Shown here: positions 40,478 to 50,227 of the stretch, in pieces
Layout of the letters: each line of letters begins with the position of its first letter
Numbering within the stretch: position 1 is the stretch's first letter
DNA from: Candidatus Dormiibacterota bacterium
GTDB taxonomy: Bacteria > Chloroflexota > Dormibacteria > Aeolococcales > Aeolococcaceae
DNA length: 64,000 nt
Assembly: GCA_963709585.1 (NCBI GenBank)
Contig: CAVPXI010000014.1
Coordinates: 320,001-384,000, forward strand
Reading direction: 5' to 3'
The notes under the pieces: generated by a model
The model's database searches: none
Told to the model about the DNA's origin: nothing
Seen by the model: only the letters and a program-made list of their open reading frames with translations
Program-made: the position numbers and the translations under genes

Positions 40478-41223
40478 CCGAGGGCGGACAGCGCCTCGTC
40501 GACATCCATGGCGATGCACGTGAACGACGGCACGTCGCGCACGGTGTGGGTGGATGCCTCGCTCGCTCGCATCTCGTGCACGAGGTCGAGGAAATCCGCA
40601 ACCGAATCGCTCTCGAAGGCCACGACGAACTCCTGGTCGTCAAGTCCGAACGAGTAGGTGGTGTTGATCTTCACCCCGGGGTACTTGTGGCCCATGGCGA
40701 TGTGCTCGCTCATCTGTCGCTGCCGCTCGTCGGCGCTCAGCCGGTACCACGCGCGGGTCTTCACGAAAGGATAAACGAAGAGGTAGCGACGCCCGGTGGG
40801 GGCGATAACCAGGCGGTTGCTCCTCCCCTCCTGGTTGTCGTGACGGTGCTTCTCGACGTACATGCTCTGCTTGGTCATCGAGAAATAGCTGTACGGCGAT
40901 TCGAGATACGCGGCGAGCCGGGTTCGGTTGAGGCGGGCGGCGAACTCGTGAAGATCGTCGAGACGCTCGCTGACGAGCCAGAGGAGGAAGTCCGCATCGC
41001 CACGCGTGCCAACCGTGCTGTACGAACGGATGAGCACGCCTTCACGGTCACCGATCTCACGAACCAGCGCGGCAACCTCCTCGCGATCAGCCGCTCGCTC
41101 GGTGGCGGGTCGGAGGCGCCACTCCGGGCGTACGCGGTAGAAGGCGAAACGGATGTGCTGACGCGCCATCGGCACCGGTGCGGTCGCATCCCGAACGGTC
41201 AACGGTGCGCTCACCTCGGACAT
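40474..41223 (-). CDS. Chlorite dismutase-family heme protein (probable coproheme decarboxylase)
   Basis: YSTVGTRGDADF, YPFVKTRAWY, EHIAMG, YSFGLDDQEF. Confidence 0.82.
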   Translation of the reverse strand: MSEVSAPLTVRDATAPVPMARQHIRFAFYRVRPEWRLRPATERAADREEVAALVREIGDREGVLIRSYSTVGTRGDADFLLWLVSERLDDLHEFAARLNRTRLAAYLESPYSYFSMTKQSMYVEKHRHDNQEGRSNRLVIAPTGRRYLFVYPFVKTRAWYRLSADERQRQMSEHIAMGHKYPGVKINTTYSFGLDDQEFVVAFESDSVADFLDLVHEMRASEASTHTVRDVPSFTCIAMDVDEALSALG

Positions 41224-41271
41224 GACGCGGTCATCGTACCCGAGGGGTTGCGCCGGGCGACAGGCGCCGCG

Positions 41272-41773
41272 TCACCGGTCCCCGCGCAGCGCCTCGGCGA
41301 GCGCGCGCTTGCGCAGCAGGCGCTGCTCCCGGCGCACCCGCGCCTCGGCCTGACGGCGACGCTCCTCCTCGGTCACCGCGATGACCTTGGCAACCTCGGC
41401 GGGTCTGCCGTCGCGATCGAGGCCCACGTAGACGAGATGCGCGCTGGCCACGTGCAGCTTCTCGCCGGACGGGATGCGCTCGACGTCGACGCGGACACTG
41501 ATCTCCATCGAGGTGTGGTGCGCGTCATTGACACGCGCATGCACGGTGAGCAGGTCGCCGATGTACACCGGAGCGAGAAAGCTCATCTCGTCCATCGTGG
41601 CGGTCACGACGCGGCGCCGAGCGTGCTTCACCGCAGCGATGCCCGCCGCCGTGTCGACGAGTTCGCATGATCGTGCCCCCGTGCACGTAGCCCGAGTTGT
41701 TGGCGTGCTCGATCTCCATGGCCACCGACAGCAGCGTCGCCGACTCCGACGTCGGCCGCGGTGTGAGATCCAC
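41272..41773 (-). CDS. Acyl-CoA thioesterase (hotdog fold), frameshift near 41662
   Basis: HANNSGYVHGG / AAVKHARRRVVTA, TSMEISVRV. Confidence 0.85.
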
Positions 41774-41820
41774 GGTGCTGTACAGGTCGTTGCGATCCTC
41801 GCGTGAGCGGATGAAATCCA

Positions 41821-43014
41821 TCAGCCGAGCACGTCCAGGCCGGCGCGCACCAGGGTCTCGACCCCGACCGGAAGGGCGGCCTCGTCGATGTCGAAGTAGG
41901 CGCTGTGATGCGGCGGCACCGGGCCGCGCTCAGGATGGCCGGCCCCGACGAGAAAGTAGCAGCCGGGCGCGCGTTCGAGAAAGCACGCCACATCGTCGCC
42001 AACCGTGATCGGGACCGCGATGTCGACGTGGTCCTCGCCGACGGTTGCTGCGGCGGCCCGACGGACGAGGTCGGCGGTCGCGGTGTCGGAGACGACCGGC
42101 GGACAGCCGCTGCCCCGAACGAAGTGCGCCTCGGCGCCATAGCCGCTCGCCACCGCGGTGGCGATCTCCGCGACCCGGTTGAGGAGGCGCTCCCGCTCGC
42201 TCGCCTCGATCGCCCGCGTGGTGCCGAGCAGCTCCGCGGACTCGGCGATCACATTGAAGGCGGTCCCGGCGGTCACCCGACCGATGGTGATCACCGCCGG
42301 TGAGAACGGCGACGTCTCCCGGCTGATGATCGTCTGGATCGCCAGGATCACCTGCGCGGTCACCACCACCGGGTCGATGGCGGTGTGGGGCATGCCTCCG
42401 TGCCCCCCACGCCCTTGAATCGTGAGCGAGAAGCTGTCGGCACTCCCAAAGATAACGCCAGACTTGACTGCAACTCGTCCGGTTTCGAGCGGCGCCCAGA
42501 GGTGGATGCCGAGGACGCGGTCCACGCCGTCGGCGGCCCCGTCGTCAATCATCGGCATCGCCCCCGAGGCAGTCTCCTCGGCCGGCTGAAAGCAGAGCCG
42601 GAGGCGCCCCGACCAGCCGTCACGCAGCGCGACGAGCGCGCTCGCGGCCCCAAGTGTCATCGCCACGTGGCCGTCGTGCCCGCAGGCGTGCATCACCCCG
42701 TCGACTCCGGATGTGACCACGCGCCCCTCGCCGCGCTCGGCGATCGGCAGCGCATCCATGTCGGCACGCAGCATCAGGGTCGGACCGGGCCGGCCGCTGT
42801 CGAGATCGGCCAGCACCCCGGTCCCGCCCACACCGGTGCGAACCGTGAAGCCGAGGTCGGCGCTGCGCTGCGCAGCCAGGTCCGCGGTGTCGTGTTCCTC
42901 GAGCGACAGCTCGGGGTGCCGGTGCAGCACCCGCCTGGTCTCGATGACCTCTTCACGCGTCCGGTCGACCTCGGCGCTGATGCGAGCGTCGAGATCGACC
43001 GCGATGCCGCTCAC
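41821..43014 (-). CDS. M20-family amidohydrolase
   Basis: LHRHPELS, LRADMDAL, HACGHDGH, FQPAEE, GRGGHG. Confidence 0.93.
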   Translation of the reverse strand: MSGIAVDLDARISAEVDRTREEVIETRRVLHRHPELSLEEHDTADLAAQRSADLGFTVRTGVGGTGVLADLDSGRPGPTLMLRADMDALPIAERGEGRVVTSGVDGVMHACGHDGHVAMTLGAASALVALRDGWSGRLRLCFQPAEETASGAMPMIDDGAADGVDRVLGIHLWAPLETGRVAVKSGVIFGSADSFSLTIQGRGGHGGMPHTAIDPVVVTAQVILAIQTIISRETSPFSPAVITIGRVTAGTAFNVIAESAELLGTTRAIEASERERLLNRVAEIATAVASGYGAEAHFVRGSGCPPVVSDTATADLVRRAAAATVGEDHVDIAVPITVGDDVACFLERAPGCYFLVGAGHPERGPVPPHHSAYFDIDEAALPVGVETLVRAGLDVLG

Positions 43015-43376
43015 GACGCGCCGGCGGCGCCGAGGCCGGACCGCCGCAGCGCCACCGCCTGGATCGCGCCGTTGTTGACGACCCGGGTCGCACCCGACGC
43101 GCGTGCGCGGCGTCGCAGCTCGAGGTCGCCGTGATGCGAGAAACCGACGATCTCAAGGCCGGGGCGCTCGCCGCGCAAGCGCCCGATCAGCGCGAGACGC
43201 GGCTCGACGGCATCGTTGAGGTCCACGAACACCACGTCCACGTCCGGAACGGAATCGCCGGCCACGAGCACGGCGCTGCCACCGGCTCGTCGCATCGTGG
43301 TGCTGAGCCGGCTCGCGAACATGAGGTCGTCGGTGACCATCGCGACCGTGCCCGGTGACCCCATGCCGCCCATCAT
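43011..43376 (-). CDS. Stand-alone atypical receiver-domain protein
   Basis: DDLMF, VFVDL, IVGFSHH, ARASGA; conserved Lys absent. Confidence 0.6.
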   Translation of the reverse strand: MMGGMGSPGTVAMVTDDLMFASRLSTTMRRAGGSAVLVAGDSVPDVDVVFVDLNDAVEPRLALIGRLRGERPGLEIVGFSHHGDLELRRRARASGATRVVNNGAIQAVALRRSGLGAAGAS

Positions 43377-43479
43377 AGGTGCGCCGGCCGCCCGCCCTGG
43401 GGCAGACTGCGCACGCTGCTGGACGGCCGCTCTCGCAGCGACCGCTGCTCAGACCGCTGCCTCAAAGGAGTGTCAAACC

Positions 43480-44328
43480 ATGGAGATCGGGAGCGTGGGC
43501 ATCGTCGGCGCGGGGCTGATGGGTTCGGGGATCGCCGAGGTGTGTGCCCGCAACGGCATCCGAACCCTGGTCACCGAGGCGGGATCCGAGCAGCTGGCCG
43601 CCGGCCAGCGCCGGGTCAGCGCGTCGCTCGAGCGTGGGCGCCAGACCGGGAAGCTCAGCGATGACGACGTCGATCGGATCAATGGACTGCTGACCTTCAC
43701 AGAGCACCTCGAGGATTTCGCGGAGTGCGATTTCTGCGTCGAGGCGATCGTCGAGCAGCTGCCCGCAAAGGTCACCGTCTTCGAGCAGCTGGACCGCATC
43801 GTGTCCGAGGATGCGATCCTCGCCACCAACACCTCGGCGCTGCCGATCATCGAGATCGCGCGGGCAACCCGGCGGCCGGACCGGGTGATCGGCACGCACT
43901 TCTTCAACCCCGCCCCGGTGATGAAGTTGATCGAGGTGGTCCGGAGCATCGCCACCAGCGACGAGACCCTTGAGGAGACGCGCGCCCTCGGCGAGCGACT
44001 CGGCAAGCGCATCATCGTCGCCCAGGATCGGGGTGGCTTCATCGTCAACCTGCTGCTCATCCCATTCCTCACCCATGCGATCCGGCTCTACGAATCGGGT
44101 TTCGCCACCCGTGACGACATCGACGAGGGGATGCGGCTCGGCTGCGGCCATCCGATGGGACCGCTCCAGCTGCTCGACTACATCGGCCTGGACACCGCGA
44201 TGTTCGTGTGCGAATCGCTGTACGAGGAGTATGCGAACAGCGACTTCGCGCCTCCCCCACTGCTCCGCCGGATGGTGTCGGCCGGCTATCTCGGCAGGAA
44301 GAGCGGGCGCGGTTTTTACGAGTACTGA
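43480..44328 (+). CDS. 3-hydroxybutyryl-CoA dehydrogenase
   Basis: GAGLMGSGIA, EAIVE, TNTSALP, HFFNPAP, HPMGP, GRKSGRGFY. Confidence 0.93.
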   Translation: MEIGSVGIVGAGLMGSGIAEVCARNGIRTLVTEAGSEQLAAGQRRVSASLERGRQTGKLSDDDVDRINGLLTFTEHLEDFAECDFCVEAIVEQLPAKVTVFEQLDRIVSEDAILATNTSALPIIEIARATRRPDRVIGTHFFNPAPVMKLIEVVRSIATSDETLEETRALGERLGKRIIVAQDRGGFIVNLLLIPFLTHAIRLYESGFATRDDIDEGMRLGCGHPMGPLQLLDYIGLDTAMFVCESLYEEYANSDFAPPPLLRRMVSAGYLGRKSGRGFYEY

Positions 44329-44341
44329 CCTGGGCGGAGGG

Positions 44342-44776
44342 TCAGTTCGGCCGGTCCCCGGGGACGGGCTCGGGCGCCTTGCGCTCCTCGACGTTGAGGT
44401 TGACAGCGCCGATCCGGTTCCCACCCGTCCAGAACTCGGTGGCGTACACGCCGGGCTCGCCGAACATCGGCTGGAGGATGGTCACCGTTGAGATGCTGAC
44501 CTCCTGCCCGGGAACCAGCCGCGGCCCGGCCGCCTGGAACTGCAGGGTAACCGGGGCCAGGACGAGCTTGCCCTGGGCGTCGGTGAGGCGAAGCTCGACC
44601 TGGTGCGCCTGGCCGACATCGGCGGCGCTGAAGCGAAAGCCGGCCACCACCGCGAACGCGGCACGCCCGGGAAGCGATGCCATCGAAAGGGCGCTGAAGC
44701 CACCGCCGAGCACGTACAGCTTGCCGTCAGGAGGAACCACGGCGCTGTCGGCGAAGAAGGCGAAGCTCAATTCCAT
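44342..44776 (-). CDS. Conserved hypothetical protein (DUF6941-like)
   Basis: FADSAVVPPDGKLYVLGGGF...PGVYATEF. Confidence 0.65.
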   Translation of the reverse strand: MELSFAFFADSAVVPPDGKLYVLGGGFSALSMASLPGRAAFAVVAGFRFSAADVGQAHQVELRLTDAQGKLVLAPVTLQFQAAGPRLVPGQEVSISTVTILQPMFGEPGVYATEFWTGGNRIGAVNLNVEERKAPEPVPGDRPN

Positions 44777-44842
44777 CCTGGCGCTACTTTCGCACGCGAG
44801 CACAGGGCGGAGCCGCGCCCGGGTGGGCGACCATTGGGCGCG

Positions 44843-45178
44843 ATGATTGATCCGGCGCCTCGCAACCTGCACGTCTTCGTCTGCACCACGGTCGGGCGTC
44901 ACCACTGCGGCGGTCAGGGGTCGGAGCACGTCCTGCAACGGCTGCGCGACGAGGTGGAGCGGCTCGAGCTGACCTGGGTGCGCACCACCAGGATGGGCTG
45001 CAACCAGCAGCACCACCAGGGGCCGATCATGATCGTCTACCCCGACGGCGTCTGGTACGGCCGCCTCGAGGTCAGCGATGTCGACGTGATCATCGCCGAG
45101 CACCTGATCGCGGGGCGCCCCGTCGAGCGCTTGCGCATCGTGCCCGACGGCCCCTGGTCCGCGACGTCGCTGACCTGA
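44843..45178 (+). CDS. Thioredoxin-like [2Fe-2S] ferredoxin
   Basis: HVFVCT...HC...GCNQQH.QGP.MIVYPDGVWY...IIAEHL..GRPVERL. Confidence 0.85.
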   Translation: MIDPAPRNLHVFVCTTVGRHHCGGQGSEHVLQRLRDEVERLELTWVRTTRMGCNQQHHQGPIMIVYPDGVWYGRLEVSDVDVIIAEHLIAGRPVERLRIVPDGPWSATSLT

Positions 45179-45236
45179 AACGGTGCGGGAGTGTAGGGTG
45201 AATCCGAACGATCGAACTTCGACAGGAGGTGCCGGT

Positions 45237-45500
45237 ATGGGCTATATCCGCGGATTCATGCACGGAGCGGCGTTGGGGACCGTGGTCGGCCTCTGCATCG
45301 CGCCGCAGACCGGCGACAAGACACGCGCGCAACTCCGCCTCATGACCGCCGCCGCGCGCGAGGGTGCCATGACAACCGGACGCGCGCTGAGCAGGGCCAA
45401 GCCGGTGGCGACCGGTGCGGTGCACATGATGGCGACCGCGCGGCATCGCGGCGAGCACGCAGCCAACGGCACCGCGTCGGCGAGCGGCGCCGCCGTCTAG
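45237..45500 (+). CDS. YtxH-domain protein
   Basis: GFMHGAALGTVVGLCIAPQTGDKTRAQL; AGGAGG RBS. Confidence 0.8.
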   Translation: MGYIRGFMHGAALGTVVGLCIAPQTGDKTRAQLRLMTAAAREGAMTTGRALSRAKPVATGAVHMMATARHRGEHAANGTASASGAAV

Positions 45501-45507
45501 GGTGCGC

Positions 45508-45924
45508 TCAGCCTGCGGCAGGCGCGGTCGCTGAGCCTCCCAGAGCACAGAGAACACCGAGCGCGCCGGTGATGAGGTCGAAGATGTTCATCACCAGCGT
45601 GAAGTGCACGCCGGCGATGCTGCGCGTCCCGGCGGCATTGTCCGGAGCGAGGAAACCGATCAGCGCCAGCAGCAGGAGCACGACGCCGACCGTGAGCACG
45701 ATCTCCTCGGCCATCGTCTCGCGGGCTCGAAATCCAGCGAACGCGAGCGCCGCACCGATGACCAGGTCGAGGACGTCTCTCACGTAGGTCAGGTGCAGCG
45801 CCATCGGTCCAAAATTGCCCTGCGGTTGGTGGTGGACCACGCTTCCCGCGTCGCCCGTCAGCAGGCCCCCGAGGCCGACCGCAAGGAAGACGACCGCGCC
45901 GAACTGGGCGTAAAGACGTGCCAT
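45508..45924 (-). CDS. Small multi-pass membrane protein (DUF4383-like)
   Basis: Four hydrophobic segments, YAQFGAVVFLAVGLGG. Confidence 0.6.
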   Translation of the reverse strand: MARLYAQFGAVVFLAVGLGGLLTGDAGSVVHHQPQGNFGPMALHLTYVRDVLDLVIGAALAFAGFRARETMAEEIVLTVGVVLLLLALIGFLAPDNAAGTRSIAGVHFTLVMNIFDLITGALGVLCALGGSATAPAAG

Positions 45925-45930
45925 CGAGGG

Positions 45931-46717
45931 TCAGACGTTACCCGATGAAAGCGGGAGCCAGCGGGCCGCGACGATGGTCACGTTATCAGTCCCCCCGCCC
46001 GCCAGAGCGGCGTCACAGGCGCGGGTCAGCGCGACCCCGAGGGGGTCGGGCGTGGCCACGATCGCACCCAGGGCCTGATCCGAGAGCGGTTCCCAGAGGC
46101 CGTCCGAGCACAGCAGGAGGACGTCCCCCGCAGCCGCGTCGACGTCGAAGATGTCGGCTTCGACCGGGTCGCCCATCACCGCTCGCTCGATGAGATTGCG
46201 TTTCGGGTGATGGCGCGCCGCCTCCGCGTCGAGGGCACCGAGGCGGACCTGACCCGCGGCCCAGGAGTGATCTTCGGTGACCTGGGTCACCCCGGAGCTG
46301 CTGATCAGATACACACGGCTGTCGCCCACGTTGGCGACCGAGGCACGGCTGCCGCTGATGATCGCCAGGATCAAGGTCGTGCCCGGGTTGCCCCCGATCG
46401 ACTTCGCGGGCGAACGCCACCGCGTCGTTGGCGGCGGCGACAGCCCGGCGCAGCGCGCCCGCCGCGTCGCTGGCGGGCTCGGCGTCCAGCAGCGTCGCCA
46501 TCGCCGCCGTCACGGCCGCCTCGGCTGCCTCGAGGCCGCCTTTGTGACCGCCCATCCCGTCGGCGAGGGCGAGCAACGCCGTTCTCCCACCCGCCCTGAT
46601 GTGCGCATCCCAGACGTCCTGGTTCTGTGTGCGCACCGGGCCGCGGTCGGTGATCCCGGCGATCTCGAGTGCCTCACCCTCGCCGGCGATCGACCGCGCA
46701 GCGCGGTCGGCGGTCAC
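45931..46717 (-). CDS. PP2C/PrpC Ser/Thr phosphatase, frameshift near 46390
   Basis: TDRGPVRTQNQD, ADGMGGH, NVGDSR, CSDGL, GGTDNVT. Confidence 0.9.
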
Positions 46718-47437
46718 GCCCCCGCCCCGGCCTCGGCAGCGGCAGGATGACCGAGCAGGCGGCGCACCACCTCATCGGCGACGGCGACCGGGTCCAGGCA
46801 CTGGATCGTCTGCATGCCGAGGGCGTCCGCCGCCTCGACGTTGCAGAGCAGGTCGTCGATGAACAGACAGCGCTCCGGCCCCACGCCGAGCAGGCTGCAC
46901 GTCAACCGGTAGATCTCCGGATCCGGCTTGCGCATCCCGACCTTCGATGAGTTCGACCACCACGTCGAAGAGCTCGTCGACGGGGAACAGCTTGCTGAAG
47001 ATCGCCTCCCCCTCGCGTGAGATGTTGGTGAGCAGAGCCGTCCGGTATCCGGCGTCGCGGATCTGGCGGACGGCGTCCGCCATGGCGCCGCACGCGACCA
47101 TGCCGCGGCCGAAGACTGCCTGCTGCGCCTCGCGCGGATCCACCGGCTCGTTGCCGGCGGCGACGTAGCGGGCGGTCATCCGGTCGAAGAACTCGTCGTC
47201 CGAGATCTTGCCCATCTCTAGCAGGTGGAGGTCGTGGGCACCCGTGGTCAGGTGGTAGTGGTCGCGGAACTCGCCGAGAAAGAACGCGATCAGGCCGAAG
47301 TACTCGGGGGGCACATCGGTTCGGTGGTGGAAGAGGGGCTCGGTCATCACCCCGCCGAGATCAAAGATCACGGCGTCGAACTCGCGAGCGGAGGTGACCT
47401 GCTCAGAGGTTGTCTGCGGTTTTCTCATCGCCTCCAT
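46714..47437 (-). CDS. HAD-family phosphatase, frameshift near 46950
   Basis: FDLGGV, LLTN, RKPDPEIY, FIDD. Confidence 0.88.
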
Positions 47438-47466
47438 TGTGCCTAACCGTGCCAAGATGCCCGGTC

Positions 47467-48406
47467 ATGCTGGTTCTCAGCAGGCACGACGTCGAGGGTC
47501 TGCTCTCCGTGCCGGCGATGCTCGACGCCCTGGAGGCTGGATTTCTCGCCTACTCGACGGGTCGGGCGTCGGTGCCGCCGCGCACCGCGGCGCGTGCGCC
47601 GTCGGGCCTGCTCGGCGCGATGCCCGGCTGGGTTGCCGAGCGGGGCCTCGCGCTCAAGGCGGTCACCGTCTTCCCGGGCAACGGCGAACGCCGGCTTCCG
47701 ACCCATCAGGGGGTGATCACGCTCTTCGACGAGCAGGACGGCTCGCTGCTGAGCGTCATGGACGGCGAGCACATCACCGCGATGAGGACGGGTGGCGGCG
47801 CGGCCGTGTCGGTTCGGGCGCTCGCCCGATCCGATGCGAAGACGCTGACCATCCTCGGTGCCGGGGTGCAGGGCCACTCCCATCTCGCGACCGTGCCCCA
47901 GGTTCGAGACTTCACGAGCATCCGCATCTGCTCGCGTGACCCGGACCGCGCTGCGGCGCTGGCCGCCGCCGATCCGCGCTGCACGGTGCTGTCGGGGTTC
48001 GAGCAGGCGATCCGGGGCGCCGACGTCGTCTGCTGCTGCACCGACGCGAGGGAGCCGATCACCCGCTACGACTGGTTTGACGCCGGCACCGCATGTCACC
48101 TCGGTGGGAGGGACGTTCGGGCCCGAGGTCGATGCGGACACGGTCCGCCTCGCCCGCGTGTTCGTCGAGTGGAAGGGTGCCGCCGAGAGCGCGCCGCCGG
48201 CCGGTGCTCACGAGTTGCAGGGACGGGACGCGGCAACGATCACGGAGGTTGGTGAGGTGCTCGCCGGGCTGAAGCCGGGGCGGCAGAGTGACGCCGAGAT
48301 CACCCTGTACAAGTCGACCGGGAGCGGTTTTGAGGATGCCGTGGTGGCTCGGATCGTCTATGACGCCGCGGTCGCCGCAGGAGTGGGCACGGAAGTCGCG
48401 CTGTGA
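47467..48406 (+). CDS. Ornithine cyclodeaminase/mu-crystallin family protein, frameshift near 48095
   Basis: KAVTVFPGN, TAMRTG, GAGVQG, YKSTG..EDA. Confidence 0.88.
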
Positions 48407-49332
48407 CGGCGATCCAGGAAGTCGACGCGGCCCGCGTGCACGAGGTGGCGCGACTGCTGGCGCCGCACATCCGCCACACGCCCTTGATCCCGACCCCCGG
48501 CGGCGGGTTCCTCAAGCTCGAATCGCTGCAACCCACGGGAAGTTTCAAGGTTCGCGGCTTCTTCGCCGCCGCGCACGTTTTCGCTAGCGAGCGGGTGGCC
48601 CGCGGGCTGCTCACCGTGAGCGCCGGCAACGCGGCGCTGGCGTGCGCGTACGTCGCCCGCGAGCTCCGGGTTCCGTGTCGGGTGATGATGGTCGATACCG
48701 CGCCCGCGCTCAAGGTCGACGGAGTCCGCGAGCTCGGCGCGAACGCCGTGCTCATGCCCCGCGATCGCCTGCTCGAATGGATCGCGAACCGAGAGTGGGA
48801 GCGTGATCCTGAAGCGTTCATCCATCCGTTCGCCAACGAGGCGGTGATCGAGGGCCACTCGTCGATGGTGCCCGAGATCATGGCCGACCTTCCCGATGTC
48901 GAGCGAGCCTTCGTGCCCGTCGGTGGTGGCGGGCTGATCTGCGGCATCGCGCTGGGATTCGCCGCGCTCAAACCCGACGTCCAGGTGGTCGGCGTGCAGT
49001 CCGACGGATATCCCTTGTGGCAGCAGGCATTTGCGCTCAACGGCCCGCCCTCGCTCACGCCCGCCACGATCGCCGACGGAACCGCCGCGCCCTTCGATCC
49101 GGCGATGTTCGCGCGCCTGCGCTCGCTGGTCGGCGAGTGGGTCGTCGTGCCCGAGGCAACCGTGCGAAAGACGGTCGCGCGCCTGGCGACCGAGGTGAAG
49201 GTGGTCGCCGAGGGAGCCGGAGCCCTCGCCTACGCGGCGATGGTCGACAGCCGACCGACGCCGCACACCGTGGCAATCCTCAGCGCCGGCAACATCGATG
49301 CCTCGCTCCTCGCGGAGTTGCTCATCGAGTAG
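48403..49332 (+). CDS. PLP-dependent Thr/Ser dehydratase-family enzyme
   Basis: KLESLQPTGSFKVRG, SAGN, PVGGGGL, EGAGA. Confidence 0.88.
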   Translation: MTAIQEVDAARVHEVARLLAPHIRHTPLIPTPGGGFLKLESLQPTGSFKVRGFFAAAHVFASERVARGLLTVSAGNAALACAYVARELRVPCRVMMVDTAPALKVDGVRELGANAVLMPRDRLLEWIANREWERDPEAFIHPFANEAVIEGHSSMVPEIMADLPDVERAFVPVGGGGLICGIALGFAALKPDVQVVGVQSDGYPLWQQAFALNGPPSLTPATIADGTAAPFDPAMFARLRSLVGEWVVVPEATVRKTVARLATEVKVVAEGAGALAYAAMVDSRPTPHTVAILSAGNIDASLLAELLIE

Positions 49333-49441
49333 CCGGCCGCCCAGCCAAGCTGCCATGCTTGCGGCCCCACGGGAAGGGTCGATGGCGGAGCCGCCACCGG
49401 GCGTGCGACGTCCGTCGAGCGCAGCGAGAGTTTCGGGTGAG

Positions 49442-50227
49442 GTGGTGAGGGGGCTCGCGACAACAGTGTTGATCGGTTCGTGGCTGCTTGCGGCGACAGC
49501 GTGTGGCGCCACGGTGCCTCGGGATGGCATCGCGACGCCCTCGTCAGCCGCCGCCGCCACTCCGGGAGTGGCGGCCGGTCCGTGCGCGGCGGTCAAGGCG
49601 ACCACGGCGCTGACACAGGTCTCGATCGCGTGTCAGCAGCTCTGGTCGTCGCACGGTGTCACCGCCGTGCCGCCGGCAGACGAGCTTGTCCTGGAGCACG
49701 TGCCCGCGGTGCCGGCGGTCACCAACATGACCGGACGGGCGGTATCCGACGCCACCGCGCAGCACTGGGCTGACGCGAGCAACCGGGACAGCGGGTGGTG
49801 GAAGTGGGCGGAGAGCCACGACCAGCTTTTCGCGCTCCGCTTCCTCGTCGGGCCGGCGCTGATTCCGGCGGTCGAGGTCGAAGCGCTCCAGAACGGCGGA
49901 ACCGTTGACCAGCCGGATTGCAACCTGTATCCGCTGAGCTGGAAGCTCTTTCCGGTTGACGCCGCCGGCAGGGCGTACTTCGCGCGCAAGAACCTGCCCG
50001 CCGACGACTCCTATGTCTTCGTGGTCGTCTACTCCGGACCCTGCAGCGAGACCGTCCACGCGTCGAACGGGACGAGCGCGACCATCGTCGATTTCACCAA
50101 GGACACGACCATCTTCAGTCCGGGCGTCCTCCGCCATGACCCGGTGCTGGGCGATATCTGGTTCGCGGATGCCGGGGGAAATTGCCAGGATCCGAGCGGG
50201 CCGCCGGCGGCGTGGTGCAGCCGGTGA
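49442..50227 (+). CDS. Hypothetical lipoprotein
   Basis: Hydrophobic segment ending LLAATA-C; six further Cys. Confidence 0.6.
   Translation: MVRGLATTVLIGSWLLAATACGATVPRDGIATPSSAAAATPGVAAGPCAAVKATTALTQVSIACQQLWSSHGVTAVPPADELVLEHVPAVPAVTNMTGRAVSDATAQHWADASNRDSGWWKWAESHDQLFALRFLVGPALIPAVEVEALQNGGTVDQPDCNLYPLSWKLFPVDAAGRAYFARKNLPADDSYVFVVVYSGPCSETVHASNGTSATIVDFTKDTTIFSPGVLRHDPVLGDIWFADAGGNCQDPSGPPAAWCSR

Noticed and set aside
40474-41223. True chlorite dismutase / perchlorate respiration
   Set aside because: No signal peptide or pcr genes; the YPxxK motif fits coproheme decarboxylase-like members better.
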